Below are positions 48,224 to 57,834 of a DNA stretch of 64,000 nucleotides, piece after piece. This DNA comes from Candidatus Nomurabacteria bacterium. GTDB lineage: Bacteria; Patescibacteriota; Minisyncoccia; Phycocordibacterales; UBA9973. Location: assembly GCA_016699085.1 (NCBI GenBank), contig CP064958.1:732619-796618 (forward strand), given 5' to 3'. Under the pieces are notes generated by a model that did no database searches, was not told the DNA's origin, and saw nothing but the letters and a program-made list of their open reading frames with translations. The translations under genes and the position numbers were made by a program. How positions within the stretch are numbered: position 1 is the stretch's first letter; each line of letters starts with the position of its first letter.

Positions 48224-49450
48224 CTAATTTGTCTTATTTCGATACTTCCATCCATCAAAAAACATAGAGAAAAGCTTATATACTGACACGATGCCAGCAA
48301 AATACATGAAATCAATCACATGGCGGATAATATACGGGATCAATCCATAGAGTCGAAATTTACCCATCACGAACACACCCCATCCAACACCAACAGGAAT
48401 AGAGAAAGCAATCGGTTTTGGTTTATACACATGAGCTCGCTTCCCTTTCATAAATCGTGCGATAGTACTGCCAACATAGTCACCGTCGTACATAGCCGTC
48501 TGTGCTAGTCCACTAAATGGTGTCGCTGCTGCATCGCCTATGATGTAGACATTGTCATATCCTTTCGCTCGTAGGTACTCATCAACTTCTATTCGCTTCT
48601 TGGGACTCCATACTAAACCTTGCGCTTCTTGTAAAATTTTACTTACCTGAGTACCAGCAGTCCAAATAACCGTTTTTGCTTTCATCGACATATCTTTCAG
48701 ATAGACTTCCTCGATCTCATTTTTCATGAGCTGACGATTTAAGAAAATATTTACTCCAAGTTTTCGTAAACGGGCGAGAATTTTCGCAGATGCCTGAGGT
48801 GGCAATGTTGGCACCAAACGAGGATTTGATTCGATAAGATCAATTGTCACCAGTGATGGATCTACTTTGTAAGTCTTAGCTAGAGTCTGTAAATACGCAG
48901 ACAAATCACCTGCCACCTCAACGCCCGATGGACCACCGCCAACAATTACTACATGATAATGTGACACAAGTTCATCTTGCGCTGGGTTCGTATGATTAGC
49001 AAAAAGTGACTGCAAGTGCTGTTTCAGATGCAACGCCTCATTAACTGATTTAAAACCAAGCGATAAAGCTTCAAGACCTGGCACATTAAAGAATGTTGTT
49101 TCACTACCTAGTGCAATGACGAGCGTATCATAGTGATAAATCGTACCACTTTCTCCGATTATGGTATTTTCTGTAAGTGACAGTTTGGTAATTGTATCAA
49201 TATCGATAGCAACTCTATCAGGAATCATGTCGGTAAGCGGAATGCAGACTTCAATCGGCGAAGCGCCAGTCACAACTCGATAGAGGCCTGGATAATATTC
49301 AAAGTGATTTCTTTTTGATACAAGCTGAATGCTTACATTGGGTATTTTTTCTTGCACGAGTGAACGAGCAGCAGCAATACCAGCAAAACCTCCACCAATA
49401 ATAAGTATCTTCTTTGGCGCTTGGCTTTGGGTATTCATTTGCATATGCAT
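48224..49450 (-). CDS. ndh: type II NADH:quinone oxidoreductase (NDH-2)
   Basis: Two Rossmann motifs (IIGGGFAG, VIVGGGPSG); C-terminal membrane-anchoring amphipathic region. Confidence 0.8.
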   Translation of the reverse strand: MHMQMNTQSQAPKKILIIGGGFAGIAAARSLVQEKIPNVSIQLVSKRNHFEYYPGLYRVVTGASPIEVCIPLTDMIPDRVAIDIDTITKLSLTENTIIGESGTIYHYDTLVIALGSETTFFNVPGLEALSLGFKSVNEALHLKQHLQSLFANHTNPAQDELVSHYHVVIVGGGPSGVEVAGDLSAYLQTLAKTYKVDPSLVTIDLIESNPRLVPTLPPQASAKILARLRKLGVNIFLNRQLMKNEIEEVYLKDMSMKAKTVIWTAGTQVSKILQEAQGLVWSPKKRIEVDEYLRAKGYDNVYIIGDAAATPFSGLAQTAMYDGDYVGSTIARFMKGKRAHVYKPKPIAFSIPVGVGWGVFVMGKFRLYGLIPYIIRHVIDFMYFAGIVSVYKLFSMFFDGWKYRNKTN

Positions 49451-49750
49451 AAGTTTAGCAGAGAGAGCTCATTGCGGCAATTTTAATTACATACATTTGT
49501 CACATTTGATTTTATGAATCGTCTTAAAAAGTATGCACGACCCACTCATCCAAATCAGTCTCCTGCTTGCTGTATTTACTATCATTTCTTTGTTTCAAGC
49601 AGCCTTGAGTCATGATCATAGCCAAACAAGACCAAAAGAGTAGCCTCAACCTACATGCATGTATTCCTTTTTGTTTCCCAAAAAGGAATTTTAGCATTAT
49701 ACTGTAAGGATACTCGCTGTAAGATTTACCAACGGGAAGCGTCATATACT

Positions 49751-50269
49751 ATGAACAATGCGGAATTTAAAACAAAGGAAAAAAAGTTCCTCGAATGCTA
49801 CGACCTGTATAACGACAGCATCTTTAGGTACTGTCTGTATAAAACTAATGATAGGAACAGAGCGGTTGACCTTACTCAAGAAGTCTTCTTGAAGGCATGG
49901 GAGTATTTGAATCAAGGTAATACTGTCCGCAATAGCAAATCACTTCTCTTTACCATTGCCAACCACCTCGTCGTTGACTCGTATAGAAAGAAAAAATCAG
50001 AATCACTTGACTCGCTCCTCGAGAATGGATTTGACCCTACCCATGATGAAAAACCAATCCAAGACACGAGAGACGACACAGAGGCAGCGAATGCATTACT
50101 TAATACTCTCGAAGGCAAACACAGAGAAGTCATTATGTTGCGCTACATCGAAGAGCTATCAGTAAAAGAAATAGCCAAAATAATGAACGAATCAGAAAAT
50201 ACTACCTCAGTCCGCATTCATCGAGCAATGGAAAAATTAAAACAAGCATCAACACAGCATGAATACTAA
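49751..50269 (+). CDS. RNA polymerase sigma factor, ECF subfamily
   Basis: Sigma-2 region (LTQEVFLKAWEY) and sigma-4 HTH (ELSVKEIAKIMNESENTTSVRIHRA). Start set at ATG 49751. Confidence 0.85.
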   Translation: MNNAEFKTKEKKFLECYDLYNDSIFRYCLYKTNDRNRAVDLTQEVFLKAWEYLNQGNTVRNSKSLLFTIANHLVVDSYRKKKSESLDSLLENGFDPTHDEKPIQDTRDDTEAANALLNTLEGKHREVIMLRYIEELSVKEIAKIMNESENTTSVRIHRAMEKLKQASTQHEY

Positions 50270-51584
50270 TATTGAACAACAATTACAATTAGGAAAGAAA
50301 GCAACTCTTACTCTTCAAGAAAAAGAGTCTATTCGACATGAAATTGTCCGGGCGATGCAAGTACCTAGTCCAATAGCTATACTCTCACCGTTCATGAAGC
50401 ATTTCAACTGGATGTTTTTCACCAAAGCAACAGCGATTGCAGTTATTGTACTTTTGGTAGGAGGATCATCACTGACCTACGCTTCAGAGAATGCCTTACC
50501 GGGTGATCTGTTATACCCTGTCAAAATCCATGTCAAAGAAGAAATCGAGGTTAGTTTTGCAAATACACCAATGCAAAAAGTAACCATTCAAAAAGAACGA
50601 ATCGAACGACGCATTAGTGAAGTGAAAACACTTAAAGCAACAGGTGCACTGACACCGAAGAAAGTTGAGAGTGTCACTATTGCCTTTGTTGACCATGCCA
50701 AGGAACTCAACCAAAATATTGATGAATTGCAAAGTGAGGGTAACAATGAAGCCGTATTGAACGTCACTAGTTCCTTACTACCGGCGCTCGTTGAGTTTCA
50801 AAAAGATAGCGCAAGTAACCCTGTTATAGCAGACGCAACAGCAACACTACCACCAGTGGTACCAGAACCAACTACTATTGGATTTACAGAAGAGGGCATA
50901 AAAATTACTACGACTCAAGATGAGCCAACTAATGCAAGCACAACTGAAGCGTTACCTGCTGATACGATTGCAAATCTTGTTGTAGACACAACCACAACGA
51001 GCATTCCAACAATTGATCTTTCTGCGGCAATCACGGCGGAAGTTGTAAAAATGCAAGCACAGCAAACTGAGACACTCAGCGCACCAAGTGCAATTGGAAA
51101 TCCAGAAATACCTGAGATCCAGGGCACAAGTGACGGTACAGTTCCTCCCTTACATGGTATTCCTGTACCACAAGTTATACATACAACAACAGAAGTTACA
51201 AATACTCTACCAGTTTCTATAAAAACGAAGATAGATGCGAAAATTGCCCTCACTCCAACAAAAACTGGTACATTATCTGGTAAGATAACCTCGAGTAAAG
51301 ACTGTAATCCAACTGGAACCACATGCGCAATAATTCAAGATTATTCATTATTTAATATAGTGATATATTCTGCAGATGGTAAAAAATTCATCGCCGGCAC
51401 ATCACCAGATACGTACGGTAATTTTCAAATCGATCTAGCCCCCGCGACATATGCAATTAGTATGGAGCCAATCATTGGCACAACGATTCCACCACTCCCT
51501 GTGATTGTACCTATTACGAATAGCCTAACGACATTCGTTACAATCGAAAATATTCTTAGTACCCCAACCCTTATCGGACAATAA
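50259..51584 (+). CDS. putative anti-sigma factor: TM plus DUF5667-like domain, Thr/Pro-rich linker, carboxypeptidase-regulatory-like C-terminal domain
   Basis: Overlaps the sigma gene by 11 nt; DLLYPVK motif after the TM; C-terminal beta-sandwich-like segment. Confidence 0.55.
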   Translation: MNTNIEQQLQLGKKATLTLQEKESIRHEIVRAMQVPSPIAILSPFMKHFNWMFFTKATAIAVIVLLVGGSSLTYASENALPGDLLYPVKIHVKEEIEVSFANTPMQKVTIQKERIERRISEVKTLKATGALTPKKVESVTIAFVDHAKELNQNIDELQSEGNNEAVLNVTSSLLPALVEFQKDSASNPVIADATATLPPVVPEPTTIGFTEEGIKITTTQDEPTNASTTEALPADTIANLVVDTTTTSIPTIDLSAAITAEVVKMQAQQTETLSAPSAIGNPEIPEIQGTSDGTVPPLHGIPVPQVIHTTTEVTNTLPVSIKTKIDAKIALTPTKTGTLSGKITSSKDCNPTGTTCAIIQDYSLFNIVIYSADGKKFIAGTSPDTYGNFQIDLAPATYAISMEPIIGTTIPPLPVIVPITNSLTTFVTIENILSTPTLIGQ

Positions 51585-51587
51585 AAA

Positions 51588-53012
51588 TTATTCTTCAAAT
51601 ATTTCAAATCCATCAGCGGTAATTTTCTCTGATGGATTTTTTCTTACGTATAAAATACTACCGGCGCCCAGTGAAATAACAGCAATAGTTGCAAGTATAA
51701 AAAGCGGCATTTTTGATGTTGTTGATGCTTGTTTTTCACCTTCTATAACAGAAGCCGCAAGCGGCATAAATGATCCTACCGTTGTAGAATTCGTCGCAGC
51801 ACTCTCTATCGGCACCAGCGAATCAGCTTCAAGTTTTGGCTGGTATATTTTTGATGAGGAAACTGTCTCAGTCTTTTGCTTAGGAAATATATCTGCAACT
51901 TCCCCATTTGGATAATAAAGCGTCGCATGATTATTAGTACTACTAAAACCAGTAACAGTAGCTGGTAAATGCAATGATTCATGAGCTATGACAAATGTTT
52001 CATCTGGGAATATATAGGTAGATACCCCGCTTACTACTTTCCAATCAGAAATATCTTTTTCGTATTGTGAATTATTCGCAATTGTAAGGACGCCGTTGGC
52101 TATAGATGAAATAGCAATACCTGGATCAGTGACTTTGATCGTGACACGATCAGTATCATCAGGAACTGCAGCGCCTACATACGCATAATATTTTAAAAGT
52201 ACTATATATTGGCCAGCAAATGCATAGACATGTTCAAATGGTCGTTCACCTTCATACGACATAGATGTGCCATCACCAAAATTCCACACATAGTAACCTG
52301 CGGTAACTGTTTTATCTAATTCATTAGTAACAAAGGTATCAAAATCTGTCGGCATGCCTGCTGACGTTACAATAGTAGTAATAATGTTAGCTGTATAGGC
52401 AGGTTCAATAAAAGCTTCTATACTTGTTGCTTCAGTATCATCGCTTAAGTCTTGGTTGCCAGTGTCTTCTCCATCATCAGATACACTATGTGTATTCGTA
52501 GCCCCGGGAGTCGGCGTGCCAGACCCCCATGTACCATTTATATTTTGAAGACTCAGTCCATCACCTGCCGCACCTTGATCAGAACTATAGGTATATGAAA
52601 TAACCGTACCTCCATTTTGATCAATAAGTGAAAGTGTATCTGATGTATTCGCAAGACTCATTACCGTATCAATCACCGTGCCAGTATATGAAGAATATTC
52701 AGCCAAGAATGCGCTGGCATTCCCAGCAAGCACTACATGTGACCCTGCAGCTATTTCAAGTGTTCCCTGACCACCGTTTGTAGGTGGATTATTGAGTGTA
52801 TGATTTGCACCATCATTGAATTTCCATCCACTAATGCTTATCGTACTACTGCCACTATTGTAAATCTCAACCCATTCTTTATCGGTATCTGACCCTTCGG
52901 TGTCGTACATGATTTCGGAAAAACTCACATCAGCAAATGCACTATGGCAAACACCAAAACATACAACGAGTAAGCTGCTAACAAAAAGGCTATTTTTAAA
53001 AGACATACGCAA
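51588..53012 (-). CDS. lamin-tail-domain (LTD) surface protein with C-terminal TM anchor
   Basis: Signal peptide; SEIMYDTEGSDTDKEWVEIYNSG...ISGWKF LTD core; C-terminal MPLFILATIAVISLGAGSILYV. Confidence 0.65.
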   Translation of the reverse strand: MRMSFKNSLFVSSLLVVCFGVCHSAFADVSFSEIMYDTEGSDTDKEWVEIYNSGSSTISISGWKFNDGANHTLNNPPTNGGQGTLEIAAGSHVVLAGNASAFLAEYSSYTGTVIDTVMSLANTSDTLSLIDQNGGTVISYTYSSDQGAAGDGLSLQNINGTWGSGTPTPGATNTHSVSDDGEDTGNQDLSDDTEATSIEAFIEPAYTANIITTIVTSAGMPTDFDTFVTNELDKTVTAGYYVWNFGDGTSMSYEGERPFEHVYAFAGQYIVLLKYYAYVGAAVPDDTDRVTIKVTDPGIAISSIANGVLTIANNSQYEKDISDWKVVSGVSTYIFPDETFVIAHESLHLPATVTGFSSTNNHATLYYPNGEVADIFPKQKTETVSSSKIYQPKLEADSLVPIESAATNSTTVGSFMPLAASVIEGEKQASTTSKMPLFILATIAVISLGAGSILYVRKNPSEKITADGFEIFEE

Positions 53013-53019
53013 TAAAAAA

Positions 53020-55005
53020 TTATTCTAATATTTTACGCAAAACATCTTCGGGAACTTCTTTAGGTTTGATTGTGCCCGGACTTACTGTTTGGGCTTGATT
53101 TGGTAAAGAATCATGTACTGGCTTTTCTGTCTCTACATGAGGTTGTGGTGAAGGTAAGGATTGTGATTTTTCTCCTTGCGTTTGTTTCAAAGCCTGTGCC
53201 AGAACACTTTGAAGCGCACTTCTGTGTTCAGGTGTTGCCTCTTTCGGTGAGAACGGTGATTTTTTAAGCGTTGCTAGCGAAATTGGTTGCTGGACTTGTG
53301 GTGTGAGAACTGGAGATTGTGGAGGCAACGGTGCTGTAGTAAGTATACCTTCACTGTCAGGTTTTTCAAGCTCTTTAAGAATATCTTTTAGACCTTGAAA
53401 AGGCTTCGTAGTTTTAGCAGCAGGCAATACTGGTTCTACTTTAGGCGTGTTTTTTGCAGCCTCTGGTTTTGGGTAACTTGGAGGCATGGCAGGTTGTCGT
53501 GGAGGTATATTTACCTGAGGAGTTGGGGGTACAGTCCTTGGTACTCCCGCTGTCTGCTGTGGACGCGAATATGTTGGACGAGTATCAGTAGGCGGATATG
53601 ATCTTGGGACGGGACGCTGCGCCTCGCGAAACGGAGCTTTGGGAGGTAGATCCGCTTGAGGAGCAGGATTATTTTCTCTCTCTTCTTTCCATTCGCGTTT
53701 AGGGCGTTCAGGTTCGATAGGCGTACTTAAAGCACGAATTTCTTCTTCTGCATTAGCCCTAGGATTAGCAAATATAGATCGCGAACTTTCTATGACCTGG
53801 TCTTTAAATGACTGTGTCGGTGCACTTGCTGGCATAAGACCAACTGCTGAAAACGGCTTTGATCCTATGCCGTTAATCATCAATCGCAAGTATATCTGTG
53901 CAAAGCCCAAGTTCACGATATCTTCCATCGTAAATGCTGGTGCAAATTCCTTCTCAAATGCTTCCGCATCTGTTGCCCCAACACGGAAGACGATCATACT
54001 GCCGACGTTACCGAAGACTGCTTCTTTAACTTCTTCTTCCATCTGTTCAACATATTGGTGTGCAATCGTAAGAGCTAATTTGTATTTGCGGGCTTCTGAC
54101 AAAATATCAGCAAATGTCTTGTTGGCAAAAGACTGAAATTCATCAACATAAAAATAAAAGTTTGGCAGTGCCTGCAATCGTTCCGCAGGCAAATCTGCTC
54201 GTGACATAGCAGCTAAATAAATACGAGTAATAAGCATACCTCCTAAGAGATTTGCATTACCTTCTCCAACTCTTCCTTTTGACAAATTCACAATGAGAAT
54301 TTTCTTTTCATCCATGAGCTTTCTCATATCAAACGTTGAGTGAGACTGCCCAACCATATTTCTAATCAGCGGGTTTGATAAGAACTGTCCAATTTTATTT
54401 TGGATGGCAGGCGTTGCCTCAGCTGCATATCGATCCGTATATTTTGCAAATTCATCAACCCAAAATGATTTAACTTGTGTGTCAGTCACATTATCAACAA
54501 CTTGCTTGCGGAATACTTTATCCGTGAGCATTCGATTAACCCCCAAAAGTGTTGCCCCAGGATATTCCAAAAGTGCATAGAGTGTATTCTGTAAAATATA
54601 TGCCATACGCGCACTCCACGCATCCTCCCATATTTTTTCAAATGTACTCATGAGGCCGTTGACGACTAAGTGTCGTCGATCAGGACCAGGATCTTCGAGA
54701 ATATTAAAGGCAATCGGATACTCCAAGTCAAACGGTGCCAAATAAACTACATCTTTAATACGATGTTCAGGGATATAGTCCAGTAATTTCTCTGCAGTGC
54801 CACCGTGCGGATCAATAAATGCAAGTCCTTCCCCATTTTGAATATCTTGGATTGCCATATTTTCCAAAAGCGTTGACTTACCCATACCCGTTTTGCCGAT
54901 AACATACATATGACGAGTTCTATCTTTGGCTTTAATACCAAACTTTGTTCGCTTGTTGCGATAATCAGTTTCCGCAAAATAAGTTGTTCGATCGTCATTT
55001 TCCAT
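53020..55005 (-). CDS. soluble VirD4/TraG/TraD-like (FtsK-HerA superfamily) P-loop ATPase with about 230-aa Pro-rich disordered C-terminal tail
   Basis: Walker A VIGKTGMGKST followed by FIDPHG; Walker B FYVDEFQ; ARKYKLALTIAHQ arginine-finger/Q region typical of type IV coupling proteins; no N-terminal TM. Confidence 0.55.
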   Translation of the reverse strand: MENDDRTTYFAETDYRNKRTKFGIKAKDRTRHMYVIGKTGMGKSTLLENMAIQDIQNGEGLAFIDPHGGTAEKLLDYIPEHRIKDVVYLAPFDLEYPIAFNILEDPGPDRRHLVVNGLMSTFEKIWEDAWSARMAYILQNTLYALLEYPGATLLGVNRMLTDKVFRKQVVDNVTDTQVKSFWVDEFAKYTDRYAAEATPAIQNKIGQFLSNPLIRNMVGQSHSTFDMRKLMDEKKILIVNLSKGRVGEGNANLLGGMLITRIYLAAMSRADLPAERLQALPNFYFYVDEFQSFANKTFADILSEARKYKLALTIAHQYVEQMEEEVKEAVFGNVGSMIVFRVGATDAEAFEKEFAPAFTMEDIVNLGFAQIYLRLMINGIGSKPFSAVGLMPASAPTQSFKDQVIESSRSIFANPRANAEEEIRALSTPIEPERPKREWKEERENNPAPQADLPPKAPFREAQRPVPRSYPPTDTRPTYSRPQQTAGVPRTVPPTPQVNIPPRQPAMPPSYPKPEAAKNTPKVEPVLPAAKTTKPFQGLKDILKELEKPDSEGILTTAPLPPQSPVLTPQVQQPISLATLKKSPFSPKEATPEHRSALQSVLAQALKQTQGEKSQSLPSPQPHVETEKPVHDSLPNQAQTVSPGTIKPKEVPEDVLRKILE

Positions 55006-55007
55006 AA

Positions 55008-56108
55008 TTATGCATGCGCTATATGCTTCGTAATATCTTGTATAGTGGCAATAATAAGGTACGGCATGAGTTTATTTTTCTTTACAACACCAAATAAGAG
55101 CGCAGTTTTTTCAACTCCATACGGAAGCAGTACTCGGCATGTGCATTCAAATGATTCTCCCGTGGAAAATGCAGTACCAAAAAGAGTCCTGACTTTTTTT
55201 GAATCATCAGGATGAAGTGCATTGAAAAAAACCTCTGGCGTTATCTTTGTGGCTGGTGTTATACCGAACAGTGTATAGATTTCACCTTTCCATGACATTT
55301 CATTAGTTTTATTATTGAAACTCAATCGACCAATATGGGCTATAGATTCTGATTCTGACAAGTATTCTTTGCTTGCGCGCAGAGTCTCATTATCTTTTTG
55401 CAAAATATCGCTCGTTGCCGTTGATTTGCGAAGTGCAATCGTAAGAGTGATAAAAAAACCACAAAGAAGAAGTGTGATAAGTGCTATCACAAGGCGCGCC
55501 ACTAAAATCTGATGGTTCCAATATTCTGCATTAATATCTATACCAATAATGGCGATTGTTTGGCGTGTTGTAGGATCTATAATCGGTGCATAGCCTGATA
55601 CCCAACTTCCCCAACGATCAGTGTACGGACCTTCAGCAAAAGGTAATCCTTTATGGTAATTATCAATTTCGAGTGCTGTTGTTTCTGTGTATATCTGGCC
55701 GGGCGGCGAATAATCTTTTGAATCTGGCTTTTCTGAATCAACATAGAAGAACAGATTATTACCACGCAGACCCATGAGATAGACAAAACGAGAATCTGGA
55801 TTTATGGTTCGGAGACTCATCATGTCTTGCTTCAATGCCTCATAGACGTCAGTGCCAATATCTTCTTGATTGCCCCGAAGCGCAAGAATTGCACTCGGAT
55901 CGATTGCTACGGAAGCATTTTGAGCCCGAATCGTTAGTCGCTCGCGTTCCATAGAATCAATGCGGTGCCCAATGAGTACAGTAACCACAATACCAACCAA
56001 AATAAAGAGGATGCTTATGCATATTGCAACGAGAAGTAATCGTTGATTTGATTGTCGAACAGAAGAATATGATGAGGTAATCATTGTTCTAAAAAGTATA
56101 TCATACAA
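55008..56108 (-). CDS. membrane sensor: 2 TM flanking an extracytoplasmic domain, plus cytoplasmic PAS domain, no output domain
   Basis: PAS-like C-terminus (FFNALHPDD...CRVLLPYG); two TM helices. Confidence 0.5.
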   Translation of the reverse strand: MYDILFRTMITSSYSSVRQSNQRLLLVAICISILFILVGIVVTVLIGHRIDSMERERLTIRAQNASVAIDPSAILALRGNQEDIGTDVYEALKQDMMSLRTINPDSRFVYLMGLRGNNLFFYVDSEKPDSKDYSPPGQIYTETTALEIDNYHKGLPFAEGPYTDRWGSWVSGYAPIIDPTTRQTIAIIGIDINAEYWNHQILVARLVIALITLLLCGFFITLTIALRKSTATSDILQKDNETLRASKEYLSESESIAHIGRLSFNNKTNEMSWKGEIYTLFGITPATKITPEVFFNALHPDDSKKVRTLFGTAFSTGESFECTCRVLLPYGVEKTALLFGVVKKNKLMPYLIIATIQDITKHIAHA

Positions 56109-56122
56109 TCTATATCTGTGAT

Positions 56123-57175
56123 TTAATTTCCTTCAAAATCCAGACGGTAAATATCCAAAAGTGTAAACAAGAAACTTAATATCATAGGGCCTAGCATAAA
56201 ACCGATGGGACCGAAGAATGTTATACCACCGAGCACTGAAAGCAATATAAAGAAGGGATGAATATTAACACCACGACCAACGAGGATCGGATTTAAAACA
56301 TTATCAATCGTACCGACGATAATTGCAGACCAAATCAAAAGACCAAATGCGTGTATAGGCATACCTGTCGCAAAAAGAAATATAATTGCAGGCACCAATA
56401 CTATTGATGTGCCGATTGAAGGAATGAGTGCTGTGAGTGCTGTCATTGCTCCCCAGAGCGCAGGATGTGGCACCCCAAAGACAGCCATACCTGCCCCCGC
56501 CAAACATCCTTGTATAAGCGCAATAGTTAATGATCCACGAATGACAGAATTAATAGCTTTTTTCAGACGAGAAACTATAGTTGTATCATAATCATCCGTA
56601 AGCGGAGATAGAGCGATCAGACTTTTCTTAAACTGCTCTCCGTCTTTCAGGAAATAGAAAAGTGCCACAAGCGAGAGGATGAGAGTAAATAATGTCTGGA
56701 AAGTTCCTTTAAAAATAGCACCAACGTTTGTTCCGACCTTTTCTGCAATATCGGTAAATGACGGGGTGAAAGAATCAAGTGTCCCCGGAAACACTGATTC
56801 TATTGTGGCAGTAACTTTAGGAGGTATAAGCGAGGTAAAATTTTCTGCAGTTATTGATTGAAACAAATCCCGAGACTGCAAGAGTAGTTCCCTGCCCAGG
56901 AACGTCAAGGGTAATGCAATAAGAATAATAAGTATAAGAATTGTTGCAAGCGATGCCAAACTACGAGGAAAGCGCAGCTTCGTGATAAAAAAATTGAAAA
57001 ATGGCTCAAGTATAACCGCAAATACAACAGCCAAAACAAGCGACGTCAGGAACGGGGAGAAAATAAAAAATGAGAGTACAAGAGCAATAAGCAAAAGCCC
57101 GAAGAAAAATACTTGCCTAATTTTTTTTGACCGTTGATCCATAGCTAAAGTATAGCAGGAAATGACAAGAAACAA
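56123..57175 (-). CDS. AI-2E family transporter (PerM/YhhT-like)
   Basis: 8 TM; C-terminal GGITFFGPIGFMLGPMIL motif region. Confidence 0.7.
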   Translation of the reverse strand: MFLVISCYTLAMDQRSKKIRQVFFFGLLLIALVLSFFIFSPFLTSLVLAVVFAVILEPFFNFFITKLRFPRSLASLATILILIILIALPLTFLGRELLLQSRDLFQSITAENFTSLIPPKVTATIESVFPGTLDSFTPSFTDIAEKVGTNVGAIFKGTFQTLFTLILSLVALFYFLKDGEQFKKSLIALSPLTDDYDTTIVSRLKKAINSVIRGSLTIALIQGCLAGAGMAVFGVPHPALWGAMTALTALIPSIGTSIVLVPAIIFLFATGMPIHAFGLLIWSAIIVGTIDNVLNPILVGRGVNIHPFFILLSVLGGITFFGPIGFMLGPMILSFLFTLLDIYRLDFEGN

Positions 57176-57192
57176 TATGCTACACTTTATCT

Positions 57193-57834
57193 ATGCCTGA
57201 GAACATATCTCATGATGAGAGTACTGCACACAAGCTCAATACTTGGTCCCAGCAAATGCGCGGGAAATTTCTTTTGCCACTGCTCATTCACCTAAGCCAA
57301 CTACATCTATCTGCCAACATGCTCACTAATCTGCGTTTTATTGCAAGTTTTACTGTTCCGGCTCTCTATATATACAATCCAACATATACATTTGCACTAC
57401 TTATTTTTCTTTACATAACTGATGCAGTGGATGGAGCACTTGCACGACATCAAAACAAAGCAACTGATCGGGGGAAATTCCTCGATATTTGCGCCGATAC
57501 AGCACTTTACGCTTCAATATTATTTATTATAGTTATGACTAATCCTTTACTGGCACTGCCGACACTATATAATCTTGCCCTCGTTACGAGCGCATATATT
57601 TTGAGCATTATTCATAAAGAAGAATTTAGGAAGTCTGACTGGATCATTAAACCATATCCAAAACTTCTCTACTTAAAAGCACTCGTGGTAGTTCCCTTTT
57701 TTCTCTTTGCATATGGAGGACTTACCTATATAAGTCTTGGAATATATAGTTCAAACATACTTGCAACTGTGTTAGTATTTTATTTTTGGTATAAAATTCA
57801 GAAACGTTGGCACGTCCTGTATGATAAATCTTAG
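57193..57834 (+). CDS. CDP-alcohol phosphatidyltransferase family protein
   Basis: Perfect signature D-G-x2-A-R-x8-G-x3-D-x3-D: DAVDGALARHQNKATDRGKFLDICAD. Confidence 0.8.
   Translation: MPENISHDESTAHKLNTWSQQMRGKFLLPLLIHLSQLHLSANMLTNLRFIASFTVPALYIYNPTYTFALLIFLYITDAVDGALARHQNKATDRGKFLDICADTALYASILFIIVMTNPLLALPTLYNLALVTSAYILSIIHKEEFRKSDWIIKPYPKLLYLKALVVVPFFLFAYGGLTYISLGIYSSNILATVLVFYFWYKIQKRWHVLYDKS

Noticed and set aside
49450-49750. ECF-type promoter (GGAAC ... CGTC) upstream of the sigma gene
   Set aside because: A ggaagcgtc string exists but the -35 to -10 spacing is far too short; not called.
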